64,000 nucleotides of DNA from Thermoplasmata archaeon. GTDB taxonomy: Archaea; Thermoplasmatota; E2; DHVEG-1. Positions 47,579 to 57,288 of the stretch are shown one piece after another (position 1 is the stretch's first letter; every line of letters starts with the position of its first letter). The stretch is from contig JADBLO010000072.1 of the NCBI GenBank assembly GCA_014894395.1, forward strand, positions 52,674 through 116,673, given 5' to 3'. The translations under genes were made by a program, and so were the position numbers. The notes beneath the pieces are model-generated. The model was given only the letters and a program-made list of their open reading frames with translations. It had not been told where the DNA came from and searched no databases.

Positions 47579-49294
47579 TTATTTATGAGTAAAGATGCCG
47601 ACAAGGTCTTTCTTCTGTTTTTCAAGCCGTACAAATCCAACGCGTTCAAACTGCACGATCTCTCCAACAGTTATACCCGAAACCGCTTTCTCTGCGTATC
47701 CTTGTAGCTCATGGAGACTATCAGGGTTGAAGGTCTCGCCTTTGAAAATAAGCCCGGGAACAATAATCTTGAGTGGGATATGATCGTCTGTGGTCCATTG
47801 AATCTTAGCGGTCTCTGGAATGAGTTCGTCTCCAGCATAGGTTCCCGTAAGTGTGTCACCGGTTTTTGTGATCCTCACATTGTATAATCCTTTCAACCGG
47901 AAGACGTCTCCAGCCTTCATCTTCTGCGCATCTTCTTTTGGTACGAAAAACGTTGAACCCGTATGAATGGTTCTCTCGCCCATCGTCGCATCAGGGTGCA
48001 ACGACAGCTTCGCGGTTTTTTTCGGCGCACCATCAACCGACAGTTGTACAGGATTTGGAACAAAGTAGTATCGTTTCACCCTCGAGTCAAGGAACTTCCG
48101 ATTCACGGATTCAACCAAGCTGAAATCAACAACGGATTCTACCTTTGAAAAACCTTGTTGAAGCACAAATTGTTTAATCGCCTCAGGAACAATCCCTCGC
48201 CGCTTCAACCCACGCAAGGTCGGTAATCGGACGTCATCGAATCCGGTCACCAAACCTTGTTCGATGAGCGGTTTTATCTTTCGTTTGGAAACCGGCATCC
48301 CCTCAATCGAAAGCCTTGAAAACTCCATCAGATGAGGAGCCCGCAGATTCAACAAACTCAGAATACGGAAATACACTGGGTCCCGCAACTCGTACTCCTT
48401 GGTCCGGAACGGATGCGTCACCCCACTGATACTATCCTCCACAGCACCTGCGAAATCATACGTGGGCCACACATGGTATTTATCACCGGTCAACGGATGC
48501 TCCGCCTCAATGACACGGAACAAGGTGGGATCACGCATCGCGGTGTTATCACTCCCCATCTCACCATGCAGACGCAGAATCCCGCTCACCTCCGGGGAAG
48601 CAAGCATGTCCTTCCACAGATCAAGTGCTGCCTCACCGGTGCGGTCCTCACGACAACTACAGGTCTTTGCATTAAACCTGCCTTCTTTGATCGCCTCTGA
48701 TGTACATTTGCACAGATACGCATCCCCTTGTTTGATTAACTGCTCTGCAAGTTTGTAATGGGTTTCTAAATGATCAGAGGTATGGTACTCGCTGTCCCAT
48801 TCGACTCCAAGCCAGCGCAAATCCTCTTTCTGCGCATCATAAAACTCAAGGTGTGCGTTCTCCGGGTTCGTATCATCAAAACGTAAAATGAACTTCCCGT
48901 CATAGATCCGCGCGTACTCATAATCGATGATCGCTGCCTTCGCATGACCAATATGCAGATATCCGTTTGGCTCGGGGGGAAAACGAGTAACAACCTTCCC
49001 TTTCTCAGCAAATGGCAATGGTGGAAGTGAAAAATCCCGCGCTTTCTTCTCTCGTTGTAATAGCTCAGGAGCAAGTGACGTAAGCTCCGTGAGCTGATTA
49101 TGTGCTGATATGCTATTTACTTGGGTAACCACCTTTGCGACAACCGGGATAATCTCTGCTGGTGTCACCCCATCTTTCTTCAGCGCAGCGATAACCTTCC
49201 CTGCAACCGCTTTTTCGTTTGCTTTTCCGTTGAAGAAAATCGCGTTCTGCAATGCGAACTTCCGTGCCTCTGTCTGTATCTTCTGAGTTGACAT
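47579..49294 (-). CDS. gltX: Glutamyl-tRNA synthetase
   Basis: TRFPPEPNGYLHIGH, RFDDTNP, MRDP, WPTYDF, GFDDVRLPTL, QFERVGF. Confidence 0.97.
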   Translation of the reverse strand: MSTQKIQTEARKFALQNAIFFNGKANEKAVAGKVIAALKKDGVTPAEIIPVVAKVVTQVNSISAHNQLTELTSLAPELLQREKKARDFSLPPLPFAEKGKVVTRFPPEPNGYLHIGHAKAAIIDYEYARIYDGKFILRFDDTNPENAHLEFYDAQKEDLRWLGVEWDSEYHTSDHLETHYKLAEQLIKQGDAYLCKCTSEAIKEGRFNAKTCSCREDRTGEAALDLWKDMLASPEVSGILRLHGEMGSDNTAMRDPTLFRVIEAEHPLTGDKYHVWPTYDFAGAVEDSISGVTHPFRTKEYELRDPVYFRILSLLNLRAPHLMEFSRLSIEGMPVSKRKIKPLIEQGLVTGFDDVRLPTLRGLKRRGIVPEAIKQFVLQQGFSKVESVVDFSLVESVNRKFLDSRVKRYYFVPNPVQLSVDGAPKKTAKLSLHPDATMGERTIHTGSTFFVPKEDAQKMKAGDVFRLKGLYNVRITKTGDTLTGTYAGDELIPETAKIQWTTDDHIPLKIIVPGLIFKGETFNPDSLHELQGYAEKAVSGITVGEIVQFERVGFVRLEKQKKDLVGIFTHK

Positions 49295-49296
49295 GA

Positions 49297-50280
49297 TTAC
49301 TTTTCTCGTTGAATGATATAATCGATGAGTTGATGCAAGAGTTCTTTTGCATCGGATGGCTTTAGTACCGTTATTGCGTCTTTTGCTTGGTTGACATAGT
49401 GTAATGCACGCTGCTGTGCATATTCTACAGATCCAAGTTCCCTAAAGAGATCGTACACTTTCGTGACATCATGTTCTGATGCGCTGCGGTTTCCAAAAAT
49501 ATCATCCAGCAGTCTCTTTTCCTTGCCGGTCGCATGAGACAGGCAATGCACTGCGATCAGAGTCTTTTTCCCGTTTCTGATATCATTGCCGATATCCTTC
49601 CCTAGTGTTGTTGCAGTACTGCTCATATCAAGGTAATCATCCCAGATCTGAAACGCTAAACCCAGTGCCATCCCGTAGGTCTGTAACGCAGCAACCTCTT
49701 GTGGGTTTCCACCACCGATCAACCCGCCACCTTTGCTGGATAGTTCAAACAGCGCACCTGTTTTCTTACTGATCATATCCAGATACTCCTGCTCAGGAAC
49801 TGTTTTTCGTTGTTCAAACTCTATGTCTAGTTGTTGGCCTTCGCAAATAGCGATGACACAGTCAATAAAATCCTGCTGCAATTGCTTAAACATAGAAAAA
49901 TCAACGGAGGTCCCCAGGATTGCTTCAAATGATTTCGCAAACAATAAATCACCGGAGAGAATAGCAGCAGGTTCACCGAACTTGACGTGTACAGTTGGAA
50001 GGTTCCGTCGAAGCATGGAATGATCCATGATGTCATCATGAACCAACGTGAAATTATGCATCAACTCAAGGCCAGCGGCAAACGGGAGAGCTTTCTGGGC
50101 ATCACCAGAGACGCTTTCACATGCAACCGTAGTAAGAAACGGTCTGATTCGTTTCCCACCAGCAAAAGGGAGATGACGTGCTGCCTCGTACAGTGTCGCA
50201 GGTTTTTTTATCTGCAGGTACTGCTGCCAATACGTATTGAACATCGCAGTTCGTTTCATCAGTTCATTCTGTAAGTCCAT
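49297..50280 (-). CDS. idsA: Geranylgeranyl diphosphate synthase
   Basis: GGKRIRP, LVHDDIMD (FARM), GQQLD, KKTG, FQIWDDYLD (SARM), GKKT. Confidence 0.93.
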   Translation of the reverse strand: MDLQNELMKRTAMFNTYWQQYLQIKKPATLYEAARHLPFAGGKRIRPFLTTVACESVSGDAQKALPFAAGLELMHNFTLVHDDIMDHSMLRRNLPTVHVKFGEPAAILSGDLLFAKSFEAILGTSVDFSMFKQLQQDFIDCVIAICEGQQLDIEFEQRKTVPEQEYLDMISKKTGALFELSSKGGGLIGGGNPQEVAALQTYGMALGLAFQIWDDYLDMSSTATTLGKDIGNDIRNGKKTLIAVHCLSHATGKEKRLLDDIFGNRSASEHDVTKVYDLFRELGSVEYAQQRALHYVNQAKDAITVLKPSDAKELLHQLIDYIIQREK

Positions 50281-51310
50281 ATTTCACTTCCGCAGTCGAT
50301 AGTTTTTCAACAGAATCAGCGCCAACAAGAAACATAGCGATCCGCAGCTCCCGAGTGATTACGTCGAGTTCCAGTTCCGTGGATTTTTTATCCTTCAGCG
50401 CTGGTTTCAGCAGGGCATGCGCCATCCCGGCTGCGTTCGCACCAAGAACTAAAGCTTTTGCGACATCAAGTCCATGACGGATCCCACCGGTTGCAATAAT
50501 CGGCAGTTCCCAATTGGTTGCTTTTCCGACCTCAAGGATACATGTTGGTGTCGGGATTCCCCAGTCCCAGAACGTCTGGCCAGCACGCATGTTGCGAGTA
50601 TCACCTTTGATTTTCGCACGATAATATTCCACCGCGGAAAACGAAGTGCCCCCAGCGCCTCCAACATCAATCCCACAAATCTTTGTTTTCCTTAATTGAT
50701 GTGCAACCTTACCGCAGATACCTGCGCCGCTCTCCTTAATAATGATCGGACGACCGAATTCCCGTGAAAGCATATCAATCGTGGCAATGCAACCTTTCGC
50801 GTGCGCTTCACCTTCAGGTTGGATAGCCTCCTGTAAAAAGTTCAAACAAACCGCGAGCGCGTCCGCATCAATCATCTCTACTATCTTTTCTGCGTTCTCA
50901 AGAATCTGTTTTTTGTCCCAAAGGACAATCTGAGACGCACCGATATTTGCGATCTTCAACGGAATATCATATTCTTTGATGACGCTGTAGGTTTCCGCTA
51001 GTTTCTGATTTTCCAACGCAGCACGCTGTGAGCCCACACCCATACCGACTTGGAATTCTGCTGCAGCAGCAGCAAGATGCTCATTGATCTTCTTGCCCTC
51101 AGAATATCCGCCCGTCATACCAGAGATAATCAGTGGTGCATTCAGTTTCTTCCCGAACAACTGGATCGATAAATCAATCTCGTTTTCATTAATTTCCGGT
51201 AGCGCGTTATGAACAAGATGGACGTCGTCCCAGAAGTTATGATGAGCAGAAACATTTTCTTTTAACGAGATTTGCACGTGTTCACGCTTCCTTTCCTCGG
51301 TTTGGTTCAT
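50264..51310 (-). CDS. fni: Type 2 isopentenyl-diphosphate isomerase
   Basis: RKREH, ISGMTGG, GVGSQR, NFLQE..QPEG, IKESG, GAGGTS, GGIRHG. Confidence 0.96.
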   Translation of the reverse strand: MNQTEERKREHVQISLKENVSAHHNFWDDVHLVHNALPEINENEIDLSIQLFGKKLNAPLIISGMTGGYSEGKKINEHLAAAAAEFQVGMGVGSQRAALENQKLAETYSVIKEYDIPLKIANIGASQIVLWDKKQILENAEKIVEMIDADALAVCLNFLQEAIQPEGEAHAKGCIATIDMLSREFGRPIIIKESGAGICGKVAHQLRKTKICGIDVGGAGGTSFSAVEYYRAKIKGDTRNMRAGQTFWDWGIPTPTCILEVGKATNWELPIIATGGIRHGLDVAKALVLGANAAGMAHALLKPALKDKKSTELELDVITRELRIAMFLVGADSVEKLSTAEVKYGLTE

Positions 51311-52089
51311 GCTCCTTCTCCCTGAACAATGGTATGCCTTACCTTTTTCCCTTTCAAGGTATCGTATAACCGGTTATGTATATTCCCATTCAATAAAATG
51401 GTGTTAACACCAACCCGAGCGATTTGTTTAATGGTGTAGAGCTTTCCTTCCATGCCTTTCGTCACATCAGCATGTGCATTCAAATGGGTCGTCAACTTAT
51501 CCAAATCCTTGACTGTAGCTTGCTCAATGAAGGTTGCGTTCCTATCGTCCTTTGGATTTGCTGAATACAATCCATCCTCATCAAGGACGAAAATAACTTT
51601 CTCTGGTTTGAAATGGACAGCAAGCAACTGCACGAGCAGATCACCAGAGCAAATCGAAAAACCTAGTTTCTTGTCAAGGGTAACATCACCAAAGCTGACC
51701 GGCATGAATCCCAAATCAAGATACTTTTGGAAAATCGAATAATCCACTCGCGATAGTTTATGATTCGAAAGAGAGAGAACAGCATGCGGAGGAATGGAGA
51801 CCGCGGGAAGATCATGGTTGTGCAGGGATGCAAGAACCAGGTTGTTTAACCGCTGAACCATCGCCTGCGTGAGCGCAAACCCTTCAACTTGTTTCTTTTG
51901 TTTGTACCCGCCATTTAACTTATATTTTTTTGCGAGAATATGGCCAAACGAGCCAGCGCCATGAATTAAAATTACTTCCTTATTCGCATGTTTTAATTCT
52001 GCAGCAAGTCGGTCCACTACCTCTTGTTTGAAACAACATTCTTTTGCTTTATCGGTGATAACGCTGCCACCAAATTTAATAATAAACAT
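51307..52089 (-). CDS. ipk: Isopentenyl phosphate kinase
   Basis: IKFGGSVITDK, IHGAGSFGH, FGD, SGD, DVTKGMEGK; clustered with fni and GGPPS. Confidence 0.93.
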   Translation of the reverse strand: MFIIKFGGSVITDKAKECCFKQEVVDRLAAELKHANKEVILIHGAGSFGHILAKKYKLNGGYKQKKQVEGFALTQAMVQRLNNLVLASLHNHDLPAVSIPPHAVLSLSNHKLSRVDYSIFQKYLDLGFMPVSFGDVTLDKKLGFSICSGDLLVQLLAVHFKPEKVIFVLDEDGLYSANPKDDRNATFIEQATVKDLDKLTTHLNAHADVTKGMEGKLYTIKQIARVGVNTILLNGNIHNRLYDTLKGKKVRHTIVQGEGA

Positions 52090-52164
52090 ACTCTACCAGC
52101 ATGAGACTAGCTATAAAAAAGGATTTTGATAGAGTTCTGCTGGCGAATTGCTTGTAATTATCGA

Positions 52165-52407
52165 TTATTCTTTTCGTTTTGAGAACGGCGGTTTATTCTT
52201 GTTTTGCTCTTGGATCAACCAGAGAGAGATTGGCATCGCAGAGGTGGATTGACGCATCGTGCTTTGTGACCACCCCATAATCTCTTGTTCAGGGGTGTTC
52301 GTACGACAGTCCTCACAGATGAAGAATTTGTCATCAAAGACCAGCCCACATTGGTGTTCCTGGAGATGGAATTTATGCTTACACATCTCACATGTTTTTT
52401 CTGGAAT
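52165..52407 (-). CDS. Small Zn-finger-like protein; probable ATT start (track start 52386)
   Basis: In-frame upstream extension IPEKTCEMC completes a CxxC pair with CEDC; AGGAGGAG lies 5 nt before ATT. Confidence 0.65.
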   Translation of the reverse strand: MPEKTCEMCKHKFHLQEHQCGLVFDDKFFICEDCRTNTPEQEIMGWSQSTMRQSTSAMPISLWLIQEQNKNKPPFSKRKE

Positions 52408-52645
52408 ATATACTCCTCCTAAGCCACTTCCAATTTTTGGTTGTGATCACATATCTTTATTAGGTTTATATATAAAACTCTTTTGGATGAAAAGAAAAAA
52501 AAGGAGAGAGGGATGGGATGCAATCGAAGAGATAAAGTGGCAGAAATGCCAGTTTGACTGGACTGGCATGTCCTCCGTATCTCAAGGTCAATTAATCATG
52601 TAAGGGCTGTTCTTGGTTATATATCTACAAGGAGGGTGAGTGAAA

Positions 52646-52671
52646 GTATTCGCTGACTTTGTCTCAAAAGT
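52646..52671 (+). repeat. 26-bp exact direct repeat, copy 1 (IS-end-like)
   Basis: GTATTCGCTGACTTTGTCTCAAAAGT, identical to 53602-53627. Confidence 0.9.
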
Positions 52672-52732
52672 AATCATTCTCCATCCTGCTTAATCGTATT
52701 GAACAAAGGAGCAGTACCAGAGAACTGATTTG

Positions 52733-52749
52733 ACTTTTTAGACAATACC
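52733..52749 (+). repeat. Degenerate copy of a 17-bp IS-end-like motif
   Basis: ACTTTTTAGACAATACC vs ACTTTTAAGACAAAACC at 53585-53601 (15/17). Confidence 0.7.
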
Positions 52750-52800
52750 TGAGAAAGGGTAGAGAGTGTACCAGTTGTCCGTTGTCAATCAATCAAGTCA

Positions 52801-53406
52801 TTAATCATGATCTGGATGCACATACTGCAATACCGTTATCCAAACAATATCTGAAGAGGTATTGCCTTGTGTATCGGTGATTGTAAGTGTTGCCGAATAA
52901 CTTCCTGTGTACAGAAATATCATCGTTGGATTACGTTCTGTAGATTCATACTGGCTGCTGGCTTTGTATCGATGATTGGAGATGATTGTATAGAGAAGAA
53001 GATAAGCAAAACTAAAAGGAAAAAAGGCAAAACAAAAAAGAAAAAAGAAGATAAAGGAAAAATGTACCTTTTTGTATTGTGTTTGAGGAATGATAGGCAT
53101 CGTTGTTGGACTGAATTCCCAGTGGTAAGAAACGATGTCTGAATCATCCTCAGGATTTCCATAAAAGGAAACTGCTAGTGGTCCATATCCGGTGAGTGGA
53201 CCTGCTTTTATATGTGCTTGGATGGACTGTGGGGTTTCATCGGTAGTTTTTATTGTATCTTGAATAATGTTATCATTTTGTTTATTCTCATTTTTACCAT
53301 TTGACAATCCCTGTCTTGATACGATGATGTATCCAACAGATCCAGAGATGATGAGTATAAGTACCATTTCAAGGGCAAGTATTTTTTTCTTTATCCGGAC
53401 GTTCAT
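52801..53406 (-). CDS. Membrane-anchored PKD-domain protein with a hydrophobic insertion
   Basis: N-terminal TM; G.GPLAVSF...SYHWEF and STERNP...GSYSATLTITD..G are the two halves of a PKD motif. Confidence 0.75.
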   Translation of the reverse strand: MNVRIKKKILALEMVLILIISGSVGYIIVSRQGLSNGKNENKQNDNIIQDTIKTTDETPQSIQAHIKAGPLTGYGPLAVSFYGNPEDDSDIVSYHWEFSPTTMPIIPQTQYKKVHFSFIFFFLFCFAFFPFSFAYLLLYTIISNHRYKASSQYESTERNPTMIFLYTGSYSATLTITDTQGNTSSDIVWITVLQYVHPDHD

Positions 53407-53584
53407 AGATGTTTATCCTCCCTTTTTTATTATTTTTTAGGAATTTGAATTCGTTAACCATTTTGTAGGAATTATGTGAGTTATATATCTTCGTTTAAGT
53501 AAATAAATATATCTAACAATAAATATTTACAAAATATAATTATATTAGCAGGGATCTTTCTTCATACACGGATGAAACAACACC

Positions 53585-53627
53585 ACTTTTAAGACAAAAC
53601 CGTATTCGCTGACTTTGTCTCAAAAGT
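53585..53627 (+). repeat. 43-bp imperfect palindrome containing direct-repeat copy 2
   Basis: ACTTTTAAGACAAA (53585-98) pairs with TTTGTCTCAAAAGT (53614-27), 13/14. Confidence 0.85.
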
Positions 53628-53643
53628 TTTTTCTTGGCAGGGA

Positions 53644-54921
53644 GTGGATTTTATTAATCAGGTGTCGATGTTGGACCGTATCAGTGTAAGGAATGTTCCC
53701 ATGACGATTCCCCCAAGAGATAGCCTTCATGAACTCTCACCAGAGATTTTTAAAACACTCCGAGTGATCTTTTGGGAGAAGGTATACGCAACAAAGGCGA
53801 TACAAATCACGCTCAAGCTACATCCCGAGTGGGAGGACAACAAACGAGCATTGTTTTCTGAGACAGTATACGATCTCATCCGATGGTGGAGACCGCTCTG
53901 GTACATCCTTGATCGAGACCCAGTACCAGAAGAAAAAGACCTCCAGAAACTCATCACTATCTACCTTTTTTCCAAGAAAGGAGACCTTGCCGCACTTCAA
54001 AAGAAAAGAGGACTGGATGCAAACCAGGTGATACAAAGAATTGCAACCACAAAGAACATGAGAGTTCTCCGTGAATCAATCCCTGACTGGCTTGACAAAC
54101 AAGGAGAACAAGAACTTGGCTCACGATGGGATGCTGTTATTGCATCATTGAACAAATACCCTGACCTCATCATCAGAGTGAACACCCTGAAAACAACAGT
54201 AAAGGAGTTGACGGTTTTTCTCCGGAAAGAAGGAATCGTAGCTGAACCAATCGACTGGAGCCCTGACGCACTCCGCATCATGGAAAAAACAAACGTCTTC
54301 AAACTTTCTGGCTTCAGAGCAGGGCTTTTCGAAGTCCAGGATGCTGCATCACAAATGGTTTCCCGGATTCTTGACCCACAACCAGGGATGCGCGTGGTTG
54401 ACGCCTGTGCAGGGGAAGGAAGTAAAACCTTGCATCTTGCAGCCTTGATGAAAAACAAAGGGAAAATCATTGCTTTAGATACCCAGGAATGGAGACTGAA
54501 CGAAATTCGAAAACGAGCGACGAAAGCAGGTGCTGACACCATTGAAACACGAATGATTACCTCATCCAAAGTATACAAAAGAATGGATGGAACAGCAGAT
54601 CGATTGCTCCTCGATGTCCCCTGTTCAGGGCTTGGGACCTTGCGGAGAAACCCGGATATCAAATGGAAGCTTTCTTCTGAGGATTTGGAACGACTCACAA
54701 TTCTGCAACAAGAGCTCCTAGAAAAATACTGCATGATAACAAAACCAAACGGACGGATGGCCTATTCAGTCTGCAGTATTCTCCCATCAGAAGCAGACGA
54801 GCAAGTCATACGATTCCTCAAAAACCATGCTGATTTTCGTCTGTTGAATGAAAAACGTTACTGGCCTGAGATCGATGGTACTGATGGATTCTATGTGGCG
54901 CTCATAGAGCGAAAAACATAA
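53644..54921 (+). CDS. RsmB/NOP2 (Fmu/Sun) RNA m5C methyltransferase
   Basis: IRVNTLK, FEVQDAASQ, DACAGEGSKT, DVPCSGLGTLRRNPD, YSVCS. Confidence 0.93.
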   Translation: MDFINQVSMLDRISVRNVPMTIPPRDSLHELSPEIFKTLRVIFWEKVYATKAIQITLKLHPEWEDNKRALFSETVYDLIRWWRPLWYILDRDPVPEEKDLQKLITIYLFSKKGDLAALQKKRGLDANQVIQRIATTKNMRVLRESIPDWLDKQGEQELGSRWDAVIASLNKYPDLIIRVNTLKTTVKELTVFLRKEGIVAEPIDWSPDALRIMEKTNVFKLSGFRAGLFEVQDAASQMVSRILDPQPGMRVVDACAGEGSKTLHLAALMKNKGKIIALDTQEWRLNEIRKRATKAGADTIETRMITSSKVYKRMDGTADRLLLDVPCSGLGTLRRNPDIKWKLSSEDLERLTILQQELLEKYCMITKPNGRMAYSVCSILPSEADEQVIRFLKNHADFRLLNEKRYWPEIDGTDGFYVALIERKT

Positions 54922-54993
54922 ACACCATAAATTCGGATAACATATAAATTGCATGCGGAAATAGCCGATACATTCTCGTAAGAAGATGAAGGC

Positions 54994-55764
54994 GTGGATA
55001 TGAAAATCCTGTCATGGAACGTCAATGGCATTAGAGCAGCAGACAAAAAAGGGTTCTTCACCTGGCTTCAGAAAGAATCACCGGACATCCTCTGCCTCCA
55101 AGAGATAAAAGCAACACCAGACCAACTTCCACCCCACCTGAGGAATATGCCAGGGCACTATACGTTCTGGAACCCGGCAGAACGAAAAGGTTACGGTGGG
55201 GTTGCAACCTTCACGAAACAAAAACCAATTGAGGTGAAAACGGGATTCGGGAGAGATGAGTTCGACAGCGAAGGAAGAATCCTTATCAACACATTCCCAT
55301 CATTTACTTTATTTAACATTTATTTTCCAAACGGGAAGAAAAACCAAGAACGACTCCAGTATAAGCTTGATTTCTACGATGAGTTCCTCAGCTACGCTGA
55401 TAACTTGAAAGCAAAAAAACGTAATATCATCGTTTGTGGTGACTTTAACACTGCTCACAAAGAAATTGATTTATCCCGACCAAAAGAAAACGAACACATC
55501 TCAGGTTTCCTCCCAGTAGAACGAGCATGGCTAGACGCCCTGGTTGATCATGGATATATGGACACGTTCAGGCAGTATAATAAAGAATCGAATCAGTTCA
55601 CGTGGTGGGACTTGAAAACCGGTGCGCGCGCACGAAACGTCGGCTGGAGGATCGATTATTTCTTTGTCAACAAAGAATTCATCCCACAAGTGAAAAACGC
55701 GTTCATTTTACAACAAGTCACGGGCTCTGATCACTGCCCTGTCGGCATCGAAACCATACCATAA
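54994..55764 (+). CDS. xth: Exodeoxyribonuclease III / AP endonuclease
   Basis: [39 protein letters not shown]. Confidence 0.96.
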   Translation: MDMKILSWNVNGIRAADKKGFFTWLQKESPDILCLQEIKATPDQLPPHLRNMPGHYTFWNPAERKGYGGVATFTKQKPIEVKTGFGRDEFDSEGRILINTFPSFTLFNIYFPNGKKNQERLQYKLDFYDEFLSYADNLKAKKRNIIVCGDFNTAHKEIDLSRPKENEHISGFLPVERAWLDALVDHGYMDTFRQYNKESNQFTWWDLKTGARARNVGWRIDYFFVNKEFIPQVKNAFILQQVTGSDHCPVGIETIP

Positions 55765-55781
55765 ACAAGGAGAGAGAAAAA

Positions 55782-57284
55782 ATGAAGGAATCACTAGATT
55801 TCATCTACAAAGAACAAAAAGAATTGTCCCATTTTGGAGGAATAGCTGCACTCCTCGGTTGGGACCAGATGACCTATATGCCACAGAAAGGAAGCGGAGA
55901 ACGAGCAGAGCAACTCTCCATGATCTCGCGTTTAGCTCATGAACGCGTGATCTCAGATGAGTTCTATAATCATCTCAAAAAACTCGATGAACTATCAAAC
56001 ACGCTCACCGAAAAAGACCGGATCATTGTCACCAAATTAAAAGAAGATGTAGAAAAAGCACGAAAAGTCCCCTCAGCGTTTGTCGAAAAAATGTCAAAGA
56101 CCACGTCGCTTGCGTACACCGCTTGGGAAGAAGCACGTGAAAAAAACAAATTCTCCTTGTTCGCACCACATCTGGAAAAAATCATAGAGCTAGAAAAACA
56201 ATATTGCGATTATATCAAACTACCAGGTCATCCGTACAACAGTCTGCTTGATGACTATGAAGAAGGAATGACCGTTGATATATTACGAAAAGAGTTTGGC
56301 GCACTCAGACCACAACTTGTCGAAATACTCAAAAAAATTACCACAAGCGCTGTCTATCAAAAACAACAACCAGTGAAGATGAAACTAGGGGTTGACCAAC
56401 AAAAAGAACTCTGCTCCATCCTGTTGAAGCAAATGAAGCTCCCTGCAGATCGATCACGCCTTGACGTCTCCACACATCCCTTTACCACAACCATGGCTGA
56501 TGATGATGTGAGAATCACCACGAACTACGAACGTGAAGGACTGCTGTCTTCGTTCTTCTCAACGGTTCATGAGGCTGGCCACGCGCTCTATGAACTTGGA
56601 CTTCTGAAAGGAGAATACAAAAACACGGTGATCTCGGATGCCCCGTCACTAGGGATCCATGAATCACAATCAAGGCTCTGGGAAAACATGATAGCCAGGA
56701 GCAAACCATTCTGGACTTACTTCGCACCCATGTTTAACAAAATCGCACCAGACATCTGCAAAGGCATGAACAAAGAGGTTTGGTACCACGCAGTCAACCA
56801 AGTCAGACCCTCGTTCATCAGGGTGGAAGCAGATGAGCTGACGTACTGTCTTCATGTCATCCTCCGATTCGAATTAGAGCTGGATCTTATTGAGGAGAAA
56901 ATCACGGTTGCAGAGTTACCACAGTGTTGGAACGAAAAAATCACTGACTTTTTAGGTATCACGCCGAAAACCGATACAGAAGGAGTATTGCAGGATATGC
57001 ATTGGAGCGGGGGTGATTTTGGATATTTCCCCACCTATGCAATCGGAACAATCTACGCATCACAGCTATTCAAACAATTCTTAAAAGAACACACGACGAT
57101 GAGGAAAAAAATCTCTCAGGGTAATTTTACCGCCATATTGAACTGGCTTTCCGAGCATGTTTATCAATACGGACGTTTGATGACCGCTGATGAGATTATC
57201 AAGAAAACCTGTGGCGAAGGGTTAAATTCTAAAGTCTTCGTTACATATCTAAAAGAGAAATACTATCTACTCTACGAGGTATAA
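55782..57284 (+). CDS. Carboxypeptidase Taq (M32)
   Basis: HPF, HEAGHALYE (HEXXH), HESQSR, IRVEAD, GVLQDMHW, YFPTY. Confidence 0.96.
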   Translation: MKESLDFIYKEQKELSHFGGIAALLGWDQMTYMPQKGSGERAEQLSMISRLAHERVISDEFYNHLKKLDELSNTLTEKDRIIVTKLKEDVEKARKVPSAFVEKMSKTTSLAYTAWEEAREKNKFSLFAPHLEKIIELEKQYCDYIKLPGHPYNSLLDDYEEGMTVDILRKEFGALRPQLVEILKKITTSAVYQKQQPVKMKLGVDQQKELCSILLKQMKLPADRSRLDVSTHPFTTTMADDDVRITTNYEREGLLSSFFSTVHEAGHALYELGLLKGEYKNTVISDAPSLGIHESQSRLWENMIARSKPFWTYFAPMFNKIAPDICKGMNKEVWYHAVNQVRPSFIRVEADELTYCLHVILRFELELDLIEEKITVAELPQCWNEKITDFLGITPKTDTEGVLQDMHWSGGDFGYFPTYAIGTIYASQLFKQFLKEHTTMRKKISQGNFTAILNWLSEHVYQYGRLMTADEIIKKTCGEGLNSKVFVTYLKEKYYLLYEV

Positions 57285-57288
57285 GGAG

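Noticed and set aside
52546-52569. 8-bp hairpin ATGCCAGT/ACTGGCAT
   Set aside because: Short, with no U-tract and no second copy seen; could be chance.
52646-53627. CRISPR array or integron attC cassette
   Set aside because: Only two copies ~950 bp apart, no cas or integrase gene, and no GTTRRRY/RYYYAAC cores.
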